In this document: positions 8,276-18,216 of the stretch, in pieces
Layout of the letters: every line of letters begins with the position of its first letter
Position numbering within the stretch: the first letter of the stretch is position 1
Program-made: the position numbers and the translations under genes
Virus record (IMG/VR): IMGVR_UViG_3300028654_000009
Direction: 5' to 3' (one strand)
Origin: a virus
Length of the DNA stretch: 64,000 nt
Notes under the pieces: generated by a model
Seen by the model: only the letters and a program-made list of their open reading frames with translations
The model's database searches: none
What the model was told of the DNA's origin: nothing

Positions 8276-8526
8276 AGCCCGACAATGAGGCCATGGCCAG
8301 GTCCTTCGGGCTCCTGCTGCAGCTGCAGGAGCTGGTGGCGGAGTACCTGGTGGCGACCGACACCAGGAAGAAGGACGTGGATTACATCCTCGGCAAGCCT
8401 AAAGGATGGACTAAGCGGCTCTTGCGAGAGTCCGAGCCCTCGAAGGTCAGCGTGGAGGATATCGCAAAGGTCTTCTGGGTCCTCGGGCTTCGGCTTGACA
8501 TCAAGGTCAGTCTGGGCCATGAATAG
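8272..8526 (+). CDS. putative HTH DNA-binding protein
   Basis: RKKDVDYILGKPKGWTKRLL...VSVEDIAKVFWVLG XRE-like pattern; ATGA overlap. Confidence 0.55.
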   Translation: MKPDNEAMARSFGLLLQLQELVAEYLVATDTRKKDVDYILGKPKGWTKRLLRESEPSKVSVEDIAKVFWVLGLRLDIKVSLGHE

Positions 8527-8677
8527 AGACCAGGCGCTGTTCCTTTTCTGGCTGCCCCTGATTTTGGCGGGGGTGATGGTCGACCGCTTCATCAATGGGC
8601 CAGAGGAACCTGGGACTGTGAGGGAAACCCTGGAGCGACACTATCGATACCTTGGCGAGCGAGACAAAAAGGAATAG
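8519..8677 (+). CDS. small membrane protein
   Basis: ATG at 8519; one hydrophobic segment. Confidence 0.45.
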   Translation: MNRDQALFLFWLPLILAGVMVDRFINGPEEPGTVRETLERHYRYLGERDKKE

Positions 8678-8678
8678 T

Positions 8679-9032
8679 GTGAAGCCCTGGGTCAAAAACG
8701 TGGCCGTCAAACTGGCAGCCACCTCGTCCTATCCCAGGTACCAGCACGGGGCTGCGATTGAACGCGGCGGCAATATCCTAGCACTGGGCGTGAATAGCGC
8801 CAAACCTCACAGGCTCAATACGGCGCGCTCTACGACCCATGCCGAGGAGCACGCACTAAAGCTCGCTGGAGAGGCCGCATCAGGGGCCAGCCTGTACGTT
8901 GCGCGGGTCACGAAGGGCAAAATAGCCCACAGTAGACCCTGCGAAGAGTGCCAAGCGCTGATTCGGGAAGCTGGAGTGCGACGAGTGTATTACTCAATCG
9001 ACGCCCAGACTTGGGCAGAATTCGAACTCTAA
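8679..9032 (+). CDS. cytidine/dCMP deaminase-fold protein
   Basis: HAE...SRPCEEC zinc motif. Confidence 0.85.
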   Translation: MKPWVKNVAVKLAATSSYPRYQHGAAIERGGNILALGVNSAKPHRLNTARSTTHAEEHALKLAGEAASGASLYVARVTKGKIAHSRPCEECQALIREAGVRRVYYSIDAQTWAEFEL

Positions 9033-9064
9033 AAGAGACGCCCCCAGCGTGAGCCAGGGGCGTC
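9032..9064 (-). terminator. intrinsic terminator of the sheath operon
   Basis: GACGCCCC/GGGGCGTC hairpin followed by T-rich tract on the minus strand. Confidence 0.6.
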
Positions 9065-9091
9065 GGGCAAGGGATGCTATCCCAGGCGGGG

Positions 9092-9412
9092 TTAGGCCTT
9101 TAGAATCCCAACGTTCTTGAGAGCCAACACGACGTCGCCGATGCGGTAGGCCGTGGTGCCGGTGTTGCCGGTGAAGGTTGAGTCGTTGAACACAGCGCCC
9201 GTCGAACCGGCGGTAAAACCAGCCGAGGTGCCCGTGGTCGATTGCTGGCCTACCGGGTTGACGCCCCAAAAGGCAATCAGGTCGGTGGTAGCGCCGCCCA
9301 GCTTGATGCTGGTGCCGTCGACAGTGAAGAACTCCTGGTCCTTGGCTCCATAATTTCGCGGACGCCCGCGAACCTCGAAGATATCGCCTTCCGAAGCAAT
9401 GATACGTGGCAT
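9092..9412 (-). CDS. small virion protein (head fibre/decoration-like)
   Basis: G/T-rich; IAFWG..PV.Q and VVLALKNVGIL ends; late motif upstream. Confidence 0.6.
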   Translation of the reverse strand: MPRIIASEGDIFEVRGRPRNYGAKDQEFFTVDGTSIKLGGATTDLIAFWGVNPVGQQSTTGTSAGFTAGSTGAVFNDSTFTGNTGTTAYRIGDVVLALKNVGILKA

Positions 9413-9455
9413 GTTTCTTGATTTTCCTTTACGTTAGTGGTTGGTGATAGAAAGA

Positions 9456-11993
9456 TTACCCCGCCGAACTTACGACAGGGGTGGCCAAGAAATTGATAGT
9501 GATGAAGTAGATCGCGCCTGCCAGCTTGATTTCGACCGAGCAAGCCATGGCGGGCCCACTGATCTTGATGACCGGCTTCCTGTAGCCCTTGGGAGCGTCA
9601 TCAGACGCCGCCAGGAGTTTCAGCCGCTTCAAGTCAGACAGAATCCCCTCAAACGCCGTCAAAGCGATAGAGGCAGAGATGTCCGCTACGGACTGACCCA
9701 CAAACATCCCCTCCATGCGAGTCTGGCAGGTGGTGTTTACCTGGTCAGCGTCATACATGGCCTGGATGCTGTTGTACACGAAATTGTTGTCCTTCGTGTA
9801 GGTGGTCTGGTCCGAAACCCAGCGGTACCCACCCGTGATATCCCGAACGATAGGACAAAGACCGTAGGTCAGGGCTGCCTCGGCACTCGAATCGAGCTGG
9901 TCATTGTAGTCGCCGGCAGCCTGGAGGGCTCCCGAGATGTCGATGAACTTGGACACGATAGCCCGGTAGAACCCAGCAGCCTGCATCCCGGCCGCCTTGA
10001 CGGCCGCCATCCAAGGCTGGAACTGGACGATGGTGCCGACCGAGTTTACCTGCTTGATGTCCTGGAAGAACATCGCGCATCGGCTGGAGGCCATATTGCC
10101 GGCCTTTGTCTGGGCGTCCTTGAAGGTTCCCCGATACGACAGGAAGGCCTGCCGAGGGCGACGGCGCTTGAGCTGGCTCATCTTAAGCACATGGGAGCGA
10201 GCCAGGGCATGAACCGCGTCAATGGTGTAGGTCGAGGACGAATCAGTCGTACCGGCCGCAATGTCCAGCGTAGCGTCCCTGGAGAACAGTGGCACCACGA
10301 AATTCCCTCGGACGCCCTCCAGAGCCGTAAAGGCTGCGGACACGTCTGCGGCGAGCGTAGGGCCCTTGGCGCCACCAGCGAGGAAGGCCATGCTGTTGAC
10401 GTCCGGAAGGCCCGAGGGCTGGATTGCAGGGGAAATCGCGCCCACGGTCACCAAAGTGCTGCCCGCATTCACGTCACGCTGGAAGTTCACGCCGTCAGCC
10501 TTGATACGGCCGGGACCGCTAACGGTGTTGACGAAGGTGGCTCCGATGCCCACCGCAGTTACCTGGTCGAGGTCGAGCGGCGAGGCTTGACCCAAAGACA
10601 CGGACCCAGGGGCCGCAAAATACAGCGACTGGGTGTTGATGTAGGCCACCAGGTCATTGATAGTGGCGTAGTCCGACAGGCGAATGCTCAGGTTCGTGCC
10701 ACCCGAAGAAATCGAGGTGGTGAGGAAGCCATTGGAGACCGTGGCGGTCGCAGTCGGCACCATAGATCCACCGTTGAACCCCAGGGTCAGATAAATGTCT
10801 CCGCCCGTGATGACATCCTGGGAGAGGCTATCGCTCTGTCGAGCGACATTGATATCAACAGCCTGCTCGGCCGTAGAGGTGATAATTTTCCCCGCGCCAG
10901 CAACAGAAATCATGGGGCTGGTGGAAGCAGGAGGAGTGGAAGAGGCTCCGCTGAACACGAAGCAGAGGCCTGAAACCGAGGTGACTGGAGACGTGTTCCC
11001 GTTCGAAATTTCCAGCGACTTGCCCACGCCCTGGATAGCCGCGCCGGCTTCCAGAGTGATAACGAGCGGCGAGAACGCCTGGATGTCCGTAGTGGCGGCA
11101 ATCGTCTGTCCAGCCTGAGTGGTAGGAGCAGAAAGAACAGTTCCCGCGCCGGCAGCATCCAGCAGCTTATAAGCATCAATCCGAGTGCTGGTGGCAGCCG
11201 TAACAACGTACGTTCCCTCGTTGTTGGCAGTCAGCGGGCTGGTGGAGGGCAGATACAGGATATCGCCCACCGTAGGAACGTTTACGAAAGTATTGCCAGC
11301 GACAGTAAAGTGAACTTGATTACCGGAGTCCACGGTGATGGCCAAGGTACCAGCCGCAGAGGTCAAGATAGAGCGATTGACGCCTCCCGTACAGGCTACC
11401 CCGGCGAGAGCATCAATAGCCGTCTTCATCGCCGAAGGCAGCATGCCAACCGTCAAAGTCGCGCTTACCGGCACGCCACCGTTAACACCGAACAACGGGT
11501 TGGCAGTCACCTGCGGAGGGCAGATGATGAGGGGGCCCGTGGTCGGGAGAGATTCGGCAGTAGAGATGGTCGTGGTGTAGCTGATAAAATTGCCCGTGCG
11601 ACCATTGCTGGCGTCCAGTAGGTAAGCATAAGGAGACGCACCCGGAGCGAGCAAAGTAGCCTTCGCGCGGGTCGGGGTGTTGGTCTTTACGGCAATGATA
11701 CTGCTGAAGCTCCCCGAGATGTTGGGATCGTTGGCAGCCGAGGCGGCGCCACGAAAGGCGTCCACGAGCGGGCCCGAGCCATACTTCTTGGTGAAGTCTA
11801 CGATCTGGTCGGGGCCGAAAGCGTTCAGAGAGAGGTCGGACTCGTCGCTGAATCGAGGACCCGAATCAGACTCGCCAACAAGGAGAATAACCCCCGAGGT
11901 GCCGAGGTTGGTCGGGTTGTTCTGGACCTGAACTTGTCCATATGCGCCAGGTACAATCAGTACCCCATTGTCGGTAACATCTTGCTGTGCCAT
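9456..11993 (-). CDS. tail sheath protein
   Basis: 845 aa; IVPGAY...LLVGESDSG N-terminus and sheath-type C-terminal domain. Confidence 0.9.
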   Translation of the reverse strand: MAQQDVTDNGVLIVPGAYGQVQVQNNPTNLGTSGVILLVGESDSGPRFSDESDLSLNAFGPDQIVDFTKKYGSGPLVDAFRGAASAANDPNISGSFSSIIAVKTNTPTRAKATLLAPGASPYAYLLDASNGRTGNFISYTTTISTAESLPTTGPLIICPPQVTANPLFGVNGGVPVSATLTVGMLPSAMKTAIDALAGVACTGGVNRSILTSAAGTLAITVDSGNQVHFTVAGNTFVNVPTVGDILYLPSTSPLTANNEGTYVVTAATSTRIDAYKLLDAAGAGTVLSAPTTQAGQTIAATTDIQAFSPLVITLEAGAAIQGVGKSLEISNGNTSPVTSVSGLCFVFSGASSTPPASTSPMISVAGAGKIITSTAEQAVDINVARQSDSLSQDVITGGDIYLTLGFNGGSMVPTATATVSNGFLTTSISSGGTNLSIRLSDYATINDLVAYINTQSLYFAAPGSVSLGQASPLDLDQVTAVGIGATFVNTVSGPGRIKADGVNFQRDVNAGSTLVTVGAISPAIQPSGLPDVNSMAFLAGGAKGPTLAADVSAAFTALEGVRGNFVVPLFSRDATLDIAAGTTDSSSTYTIDAVHALARSHVLKMSQLKRRRPRQAFLSYRGTFKDAQTKAGNMASSRCAMFFQDIKQVNSVGTIVQFQPWMAAVKAAGMQAAGFYRAIVSKFIDISGALQAAGDYNDQLDSSAEAALTYGLCPIVRDITGGYRWVSDQTTYTKDNNFVYNSIQAMYDADQVNTTCQTRMEGMFVGQSVADISASIALTAFEGILSDLKRLKLLAASDDAPKGYRKPVIKISGPAMACSVEIKLAGAIYFITINFLATPVVSSAG

Positions 11994-12005
11994 GAAAAGT
12001 TCTCC

Positions 12006-14057
12006 TTAGGGCTTGAATGATGGTTTGGGAGCGGAACCTGGAAGAGCGGTAGAGGGCACGCCGGCCTTCACACCTGGAAGCTTGGGGGTCTTGGGGGCTG
12101 CCGGAGGGGCAGCAGCAGGAGCGGCCACAGCGGCAGCGCCAGGGGCCTTGGGCATCGCAGGCTTTGAGGCTGGTAGACCGGCCTTATCGAGGCCAGGCAT
12201 CGACATCGCATCGTTGCCGGTGCCTCCGCCCATGCCCATTTCGTCCTTCTGGGTGCGCTGCCATGGACGCCTGAGAGCCTGCCCCTGCACGCGCTTGGTC
12301 TCGGCGGCATATACGTCACGCCGGCCCTGTACGGCCTTCTTGGCAGGCTTAGGGTCGACGACCTCTTTAGAGGGTTCCTTCTCTGCAGGCTTGGGATCGA
12401 CGACCTCTTTAGAGGGCTCCTTCTCTGCCAAAGCCATACGGGTGCCCATTGCGCGGGTGGCACCAGCGAGAGATGAATGCTCGCTAGGAGCCGACCATCC
12501 CTTGTTGCCGATGCCCTTGAACTTAGCAATCAGCCCCGAGAGGAAGCCTACACCAGCAGCGTGCTTGTCGGCCTTGAGCTGTGCAGCCTCGTCCACCTTG
12601 GGCTTCATTGTGCCCTGGTCGGGATGAGAGGGCTTGCGGAGGAAGCCGCCGGTCGGGATAGGCGCCGAGGTAGGCATGGCCGGGCTTGGCGGAGCACTGC
12701 GCTTAGGCGGAGCGGTGATGCCCGGAAGGCGTGGGCCAGGGGACTGGGTGTGGTCCACGCTCATCTGGGCATAGTCGGCCTTGATAATGCGCTTGCCGTT
12801 ACAAACAGCATCCGACTCGGGCTTATCGTGGGTCACAAGCTCACCGTCCTGGCGAACCTTCGCGTGTGCTCCACAGAGAGAACACTTCTTGGTCTTTGGG
12901 CCGGTATCTTTCTTCTCTGCCTTCTTTGTCACCTTGCCGCCCGAACCCTCTGCTTCAATTACCTTCTCTTTCTTGTCGTCGGGAAGTACGGCGCCCTTGG
13001 TGGGCTTCTCGGTAGCAGACTCAACCTCGGCGATCTCCTTCGAGGCAGGTTTTTCTTCCTTGCGGACGCTGTTGTCAACCGACTGCTTGTTTTCCTCAAC
13101 AGGGGTACTAGCCATGATGCCGCAAGTATGACAAGCGAAGTGATCTCGATTGCCGAGAGAGCCGATGTGGGCATATCTTTCGGACTCGCCACATCCCGGG
13201 CACTGGCGACCCAAAGCCTGGCTGTCAGTCTCGGTTTCGGGATTGCCAAACTCGTCCTTCTTAAACTTGTCCTTAATCATGCCAGCCACATGCTGAATAG
13301 CCGGCTTGGCAGTAGCCAAAGCCACACCCACGCCGTGAGCAACGGCGGACATGTCGGCTTTCTTGAGAGCGACAGCCGCTTCCTTGGCCAGGACAAACTT
13401 TACCTCTTGCTCATGCTTATCCAGAGCTGCACCCAGCGCCTTAGCGAGGCCTTGAGTGATATCTTTGCGAGTGGGTGAATTGTCCATTTTTTGTCTTTCA
13501 ATAGATTGGGTTTGGAGTTGTGGATACAAATTGTGTTTCTTGATCCCCACAGGCAAGGGAGTAGCGCTGTTCAAAGGCGCTTTGTAAAGCTTGTTCTCAT
13601 CGAAATGCAGCCGCACATAGTCAGGGCGCTCTTGGTTGCCAATACTGGTGTAGTAATCCTCTGGCGGCTGGGTCGGATGGTACCCATAGACAGGCAGGCT
13701 AGGATGAAAACTCCCGTCCTTGTCTCCATTAGAGTAAAGCATCTCTGCGTGCTTGTGGCCGCGTCCGAAAACTACTGACTCTTGCCCATAAGCCTTCGCC
13801 AGCCCATACATCTGCTCGCGAGTAGGATTCCGCACCGTAAAGCCAGATTCGGGCGCTCCATAATGGCCCTGGTGTTTTTGGTACTGCAAACCTAACTGCT
13901 GCAGATTCCGCTCTAAAGACGGATTACCTCCCTGAGCCTGCACGGGAAACCTGGGGTTCTCGGCAGTGATCAGCCCGAACGTGCCCGAAGGGTCGAAAAT
14001 GGGATGACTCCGAAGCTCGGGTAGAGGCTCGGAGTAAGTGGGCATGTCCTGTGGCAT
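12006..14057 (-). CDS. multidomain probable inner-head protein: SAM-lyase/DUF3293-like domain, Zn ribbons, low-complexity tail
   Basis: GLITAENP...GHYGAPESGF...AKAYGQESVVF; CPGC..CHTC; many LKKAD/FKKDE/VRKEE/IIKAD/LDKAG motifs. Confidence 0.6.
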   Translation of the reverse strand: MPQDMPTYSEPLPELRSHPIFDPSGTFGLITAENPRFPVQAQGGNPSLERNLQQLGLQYQKHQGHYGAPESGFTVRNPTREQMYGLAKAYGQESVVFGRGHKHAEMLYSNGDKDGSFHPSLPVYGYHPTQPPEDYYTSIGNQERPDYVRLHFDENKLYKAPLNSATPLPVGIKKHNLYPQLQTQSIERQKMDNSPTRKDITQGLAKALGAALDKHEQEVKFVLAKEAAVALKKADMSAVAHGVGVALATAKPAIQHVAGMIKDKFKKDEFGNPETETDSQALGRQCPGCGESERYAHIGSLGNRDHFACHTCGIMASTPVEENKQSVDNSVRKEEKPASKEIAEVESATEKPTKGAVLPDDKKEKVIEAEGSGGKVTKKAEKKDTGPKTKKCSLCGAHAKVRQDGELVTHDKPESDAVCNGKRIIKADYAQMSVDHTQSPGPRLPGITAPPKRSAPPSPAMPTSAPIPTGGFLRKPSHPDQGTMKPKVDEAAQLKADKHAAGVGFLSGLIAKFKGIGNKGWSAPSEHSSLAGATRAMGTRMALAEKEPSKEVVDPKPAEKEPSKEVVDPKPAKKAVQGRRDVYAAETKRVQGQALRRPWQRTQKDEMGMGGGTGNDAMSMPGLDKAGLPASKPAMPKAPGAAAVAAPAAAPPAAPKTPKLPGVKAGVPSTALPGSAPKPSFKP
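12343..12428 (-). repeat. 42-bp tandem duplication (AEKEPSKEVVDPKP x2)
   Basis: Direct repeat visible in DNA and protein. Confidence 0.85.
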
Positions 14058-14069
14058 GTGGTACCAAGA

Positions 14070-14429
14070 TTACGCCACAGTGCCGGCCGGCAGAGCGCCA
14101 ATCGAAGACAGGTATGTTTCTATCGACTTGTTCTTCGCATTGATACCGTTGCCGGAAATGGCGGCCACCAAGTCCGTAAACCCGGTCGGAGTCTGAAGCC
14201 CGAAGTATTCAATAATATCCCCATACCCCAAAGGCGAAGCCTTCCCGCGAATGCCGGTTGAAGCTCCGTCTTGGATCGTTAGCTGATACGTGGACGCCCA
14301 AGGGAGGGCCCCTACGCCCTGAACCGCTACTGTCACCAGGGCTGTATTGGTATCGCCGTTTAGATCGACGACGGCCACGCGCATTTTGTTTAGGTTTGGA
14401 ACAGGGATGTTGACCGTAAGGTTGAGCAT
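14070..14429 (-). CDS. virion/fibre-associated protein
   Basis: 119 aa, AAGGAGG RBS, directly after the fibre gene. Confidence 0.6.
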   Translation of the reverse strand: MLNLTVNIPVPNLNKMRVAVVDLNGDTNTALVTVAVQGVGALPWASTYQLTIQDGASTGIRGKASPLGYGDIIEYFGLQTPTGFTDLVAAISGNGINAKNKSIETYLSSIGALPAGTVA

Positions 14430-14457
14430 TGACCTCCTTTAAGTGGTGAACGAACGA

Positions 14458-17400
14458 TTAAAAAAGGCTCCAAGTGCTTCCGTCATAAACTAGCATATAA
14501 GGGCTACCCAACACTGGCACAACTGGCGAGCCAGTCTTAGTCTTGATGCCTCCCGCCGACGCCGAGTGACCCAACGTGATAGAAGCAGAGTTGGGAATCA
14601 ACACGATAATCGAGCCCGATTGCCAGCCCGTAGTGGTGATAGCCGTAACGGGTGTCGTGCCGCTTAGAACAAAAACATTCCCGTCGTTGCCGAGGGTGAT
14701 GGTCGCGGCGCTGGCGACGGTCGCGCCCTTGCCCTGCTGGTGGCGCGTGTTGTGCTGAAGCCCGTTGGCGTTGACGTGGAATTGCTGAGTGGTCGCCGAC
14801 GCGAAGCCGATGTCACCAGCGCCGATGCGCCACATTCCCGTGCCGGTGTCAGCGTTGAACGAATAGGACGGGGTGGTGTTGCCGCCGCCGGCGTTTGCCA
14901 GGATCGAGGCGTTAAAGACCAACGTGGTCCCCGACACCTGCATCAGTACGGTGCCGCCGGTCTGGAGTCCGACAGCGGTCGTGGTCGCCTTGCCCATCCA
15001 GACCGAGACGTTGTTGACCGATAGGACCTGCCAGTTTCCGCCGCCGAGAGAGATGATCTCGGCCGAGTCTCCGATGTCCAGGAGGATGCCCTGGGCGCCG
15101 CCTGGACAGAGAAGGGACGTGGAATTGTGAGTGAAACCGACGGATGACGCGGTGGTGTTCCGAAGTGTCACCCGCCGCCCGTTGGTGACCGTTCCGAAAG
15201 AGGTGATGTTGACGGCACCGGCACCGGTGAGCAGGACGTATCCGCCCGAGACGGTCGAGAGGTCGGTGGTGGTGGCCGCCGCGATGGATGCGGACGAACT
15301 GCCGAGTGCATCGAACGCAGCGCCTGCCGAGGTCTGCCCCGTGCCTCCTTGGCTAAATCCGAGAGTTCCTGAGATGTTGCCGAACGTAGGCTGAGCAGAG
15401 TTGAACGTTCCGAAGGTTCCATCAAACGCAGTCAGGAATTGATTAGCAGGCGAGACGTATTGGAAAGCCATTGTGCACAAATTCGCTGAGCTGCGCCCGC
15501 GCAATGCGTGCGTTGTGCTGTCCGCCCAAACGCGCAGCGAACCGGCGCTAGGCGCGGCAGGCGCCGCAATTTCAGTGAACTGAATGTCCCCGGCCGCCGG
15601 TACGTCGTTCGGGATGTTGGCGAGGGTCTGCACCGTCGATCCGAGTGGCTTCGTGACATCTCCCGTGAAGGCCGGGAGTTGGCCCGCCGTGATGACGCCT
15701 GAGATGCCCGAGAACGATGGCTGAGCCGCCGAGACCACACCGTTGTCGGAGATGGCGAAAATAAAGTTGTTTGCCGGTGGGGTAATGCTGCGGACCCCGT
15801 GGTTAACGTTCCCAGCGTCGTCCTTTGAACAGAAGTTTTTAGAGGTGCTGTCTCCATAGATAAACAGCTTGCCAGCCGCCGGAGAAGACGGAGCCACCAC
15901 GGAAGTCACAAGGATATCACCGGTCATGGTAACGCCGTTTGATATATTCAACAGAGTCGTTACACCAGAGCCTGCGGAAGTTGTTACATCACCTCCCGTA
16001 AAAGCGGGCAAGCGCCCTACTGGCAACGTTCCAGAGGTTAGGTCTGTGGCGGAGCCCGAGGTTGCAACGGTAGCAAGGCCCGACACGGCTCCGGCAGCAA
16101 TTGCAATAGCCGTAGAACCGGCAGCCGTTATCAAACCCTTCCCGTTGACGGTGAAGGTTCCTACACTAGCTGCTCCACCGAAACTGCCTACGTTGGAGTT
16201 GACCGTAGCAAGGGTAGAGGCATAGCTTGAAGTCGTTATGTCTCCGGTCAGAGGACCAAACTGGGTGCCAGCAAGAGTGCCAGAAATGTCAGAAAATCCA
16301 GGCTGAGCCAACACAGAAGAACCGTCGTCCGCAACCGAAGTCAAGAACTGGTGGCTTACGGCGGCTTTGGTCTGGATTCCATGGTTGACGACGCCTGCAT
16401 CGCTTTTAACAGCGAAGTTCTTGGAAGTGGAATCCACATAAAGGCGGGCCTTGCCGGCACTTGGGGTAACCGGCGCAACTATGGTGGTGGCCAGGAGATC
16501 GCCAGCCATGGGCACATCATTGGGGATGTTGTTGAGGGTGGTGGCGTACGAAAACCCTCCACCGTTTCCTATGTCCCCAGTAAGAGTGCCGAATCGTGCT
16601 GCGGGCAAAATCCCTGTCGTTAGGTCAGCGGCGGACCCCGAGGTGGCGATAGCGGCGAGGCCCGACACGGCTCCGGCAGCAATAGAAATCGGGGCGGACG
16701 AAGCAGCTGTCACCAGACCCTTCCCATTAAGGGTGAAGCTTACTGCGTGTGAGGCATCGCCAAACGAGCCTACGTTGGAGTTGACCGTGGCCAGGGTAGA
16801 GACATAGCTCGAAGTGGTTACGTCTCCGGTCAGAGGCCCAAACTGGGTTCCCGCCAAAGTGCCTGAGATGTCCGCGAATGCCGGCCTGCTGGCGGTGAAC
16901 TGCCCGGTAGAACTATCGAACGAACGAAGCCAGTTCGAGGCCACGGGCGCGATAGTAAAGGCTGTACTGGCTACTGCCCCTGAAGAGTTTTTTGAAGCAA
17001 GCGCCAAACTGGTGGAGTCGATGTAGCAACGAGCAGACCCTACAGAAGGGGTGGCAGGAGAAGCTTGAAGACCCCAAGATGTAAGACCCGTAAAAAACGT
17101 CAACTCTTGGGTAGAGCCACTGATCGTCATGGCGAAAGCACCATTTGCGATCAGGTTCATATTGTTAGAGCCTGAGGTACCGACATTGAAGGCACCATTG
17201 GCCTTCAGAATGGTCTGTGTCGCCGCCTTATCTAGGCCTACGGCTACGTTTGTGAAGCCGCCGAGATTGCCTGCGCTAGATACCGTAACAGGAGGTCCTG
17301 CGGCAGGAGTATAGGCCCCTCCGATCCCTACAAGGAGGCGCTTATTCAGGTTGTCCCAAAATAAATTGGTATCATCGGCGTCCACCAGGTGGCCGGTAGC

Positions 17401-18192
17401 ATCGATGAACGCAACCGCTCCAGGAGTCTTCGTCCATAGACTCCCAGAGATGTCCGCAAAGGTCGGCTGTGCCAGAACAGAAGAACCGTCGTCGGCAATC
17501 GAGGTTAGAAACTGGTGAGCTACTGCTGTCTTTGTCTGGATTCCGTGGTTGACGATGCCCGCATCGTTTTTAGCTGCGAAGTTCTTGGAGGTCGAGTCAG
17601 TGTAGACCACTACCTTGCCGGCCGCAGGCGTTGATGGAGCCGCGATATTAGTGTGGAGAATGGTTCCCGCTGCCGTCACCCCGGTCGGTATATTCACAAG
17701 GGTGGTAGCGAGGGCACCCGCCGAAGTGGTCAGGTCACCTGTCAGGGCGGGGAACCGGCCGGCCGGGAGGGTGCCTGATATCAAAGCCGAAGCGTCGATG
17801 GCGATCGAAATATTAGAAACGCCAGTTACTAGCCCCTTAGCGTTGACCACAAGCTGGGGAGTATGGGATGCGTCACTCCAGGTGCCTACGTTGGAATTTA
17901 CCGTGGCAAGTGTGGCAACAACCGAACCGGTACCGGAAAAGGCCACATCTCCAGTAGCGGCCGTAACCCCGTTTGATAGAGCTACGCTCCAAAAGGAACT
18001 GTTAGAGGGGGCATTGCCGGTAGACTGCTGGAGGCAGACGTAAGTCGCGGCATTGTAAACCACCGCATCGTACGGCAGATAGGTTACATTGCTGGCGTAG
18101 GCGCCCTTCCAGGTAAAGCCGCGACCATCCTTACCATAAATTACGGTAGGTATGGAATACTGCCGGGGCCTATTTTCATCATTCGCTGCCAC
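14458..18192 (-). CDS. long fibre protein with internal repeats
   Basis: 1244 aa rich in A/G/S/T; repeated GDVT..LATVNSNVGSFG..NGKGL and AP..P.AGK..Y.DSTSKNF modules; N-terminal W.G.Y...Y...D.V.Y module. Confidence 0.8.
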   Translation of the reverse strand: MAANDENRPRQYSIPTVIYGKDGRGFTWKGAYASNVTYLPYDAVVYNAATYVCLQQSTGNAPSNSSFWSVALSNGVTAATGDVAFSGTGSVVATLATVNSNVGTWSDASHTPQLVVNAKGLVTGVSNISIAIDASALISGTLPAGRFPALTGDLTTSAGALATTLVNIPTGVTAAGTILHTNIAAPSTPAAGKVVVYTDSTSKNFAAKNDAGIVNHGIQTKTAVAHQFLTSIADDGSSVLAQPTFADISGSLWTKTPGAVAFIDATGHLVDADDTNLFWDNLNKRLLVGIGGAYTPAAGPPVTVSSAGNLGGFTNVAVGLDKAATQTILKANGAFNVGTSGSNNMNLIANGAFAMTISGSTQELTFFTGLTSWGLQASPATPSVGSARCYIDSTSLALASKNSSGAVASTAFTIAPVASNWLRSFDSSTGQFTASRPAFADISGTLAGTQFGPLTGDVTTSSYVSTLATVNSNVGSFGDASHAVSFTLNGKGLVTAASSAPISIAAGAVSGLAAIATSGSAADLTTGILPAARFGTLTGDIGNGGGFSYATTLNNIPNDVPMAGDLLATTIVAPVTPSAGKARLYVDSTSKNFAVKSDAGVVNHGIQTKAAVSHQFLTSVADDGSSVLAQPGFSDISGTLAGTQFGPLTGDITTSSYASTLATVNSNVGSFGGAASVGTFTVNGKGLITAAGSTAIAIAAGAVSGLATVATSGSATDLTSGTLPVGRLPAFTGGDVTTSAGSGVTTLLNISNGVTMTGDILVTSVVAPSSPAAGKLFIYGDSTSKNFCSKDDAGNVNHGVRSITPPANNFIFAISDNGVVSAAQPSFSGISGVITAGQLPAFTGDVTKPLGSTVQTLANIPNDVPAAGDIQFTEIAAPAAPSAGSLRVWADSTTHALRGRSSANLCTMAFQYVSPANQFLTAFDGTFGTFNSAQPTFGNISGTLGFSQGGTGQTSAGAAFDALGSSSASIAAATTTDLSTVSGGYVLLTGAGAVNITSFGTVTNGRRVTLRNTTASSVGFTHNSTSLLCPGGAQGILLDIGDSAEIISLGGGNWQVLSVNNVSVWMGKATTTAVGLQTGGTVLMQVSGTTLVFNASILANAGGGNTTPSYSFNADTGTGMWRIGAGDIGFASATTQQFHVNANGLQHNTRHQQGKGATVASAATITLGNDGNVFVLSGTTPVTAITTTGWQSGSIIVLIPNSASITLGHSASAGGIKTKTGSPVVPVLGSPYMLVYDGSTWSLF

Positions 18193-18216
18193 GCTATCAA
18201 GATTAGCCTCATTGAC

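Noticed and set aside
9441-10973. 510 aa ORF and other long antisense ORFs (e.g. 12477..13478, 27043..28170, 35852..37036, 37333..38322)
   Set aside because: Shadow frames of GC3-biased real genes; no RBS, promoter or domain support
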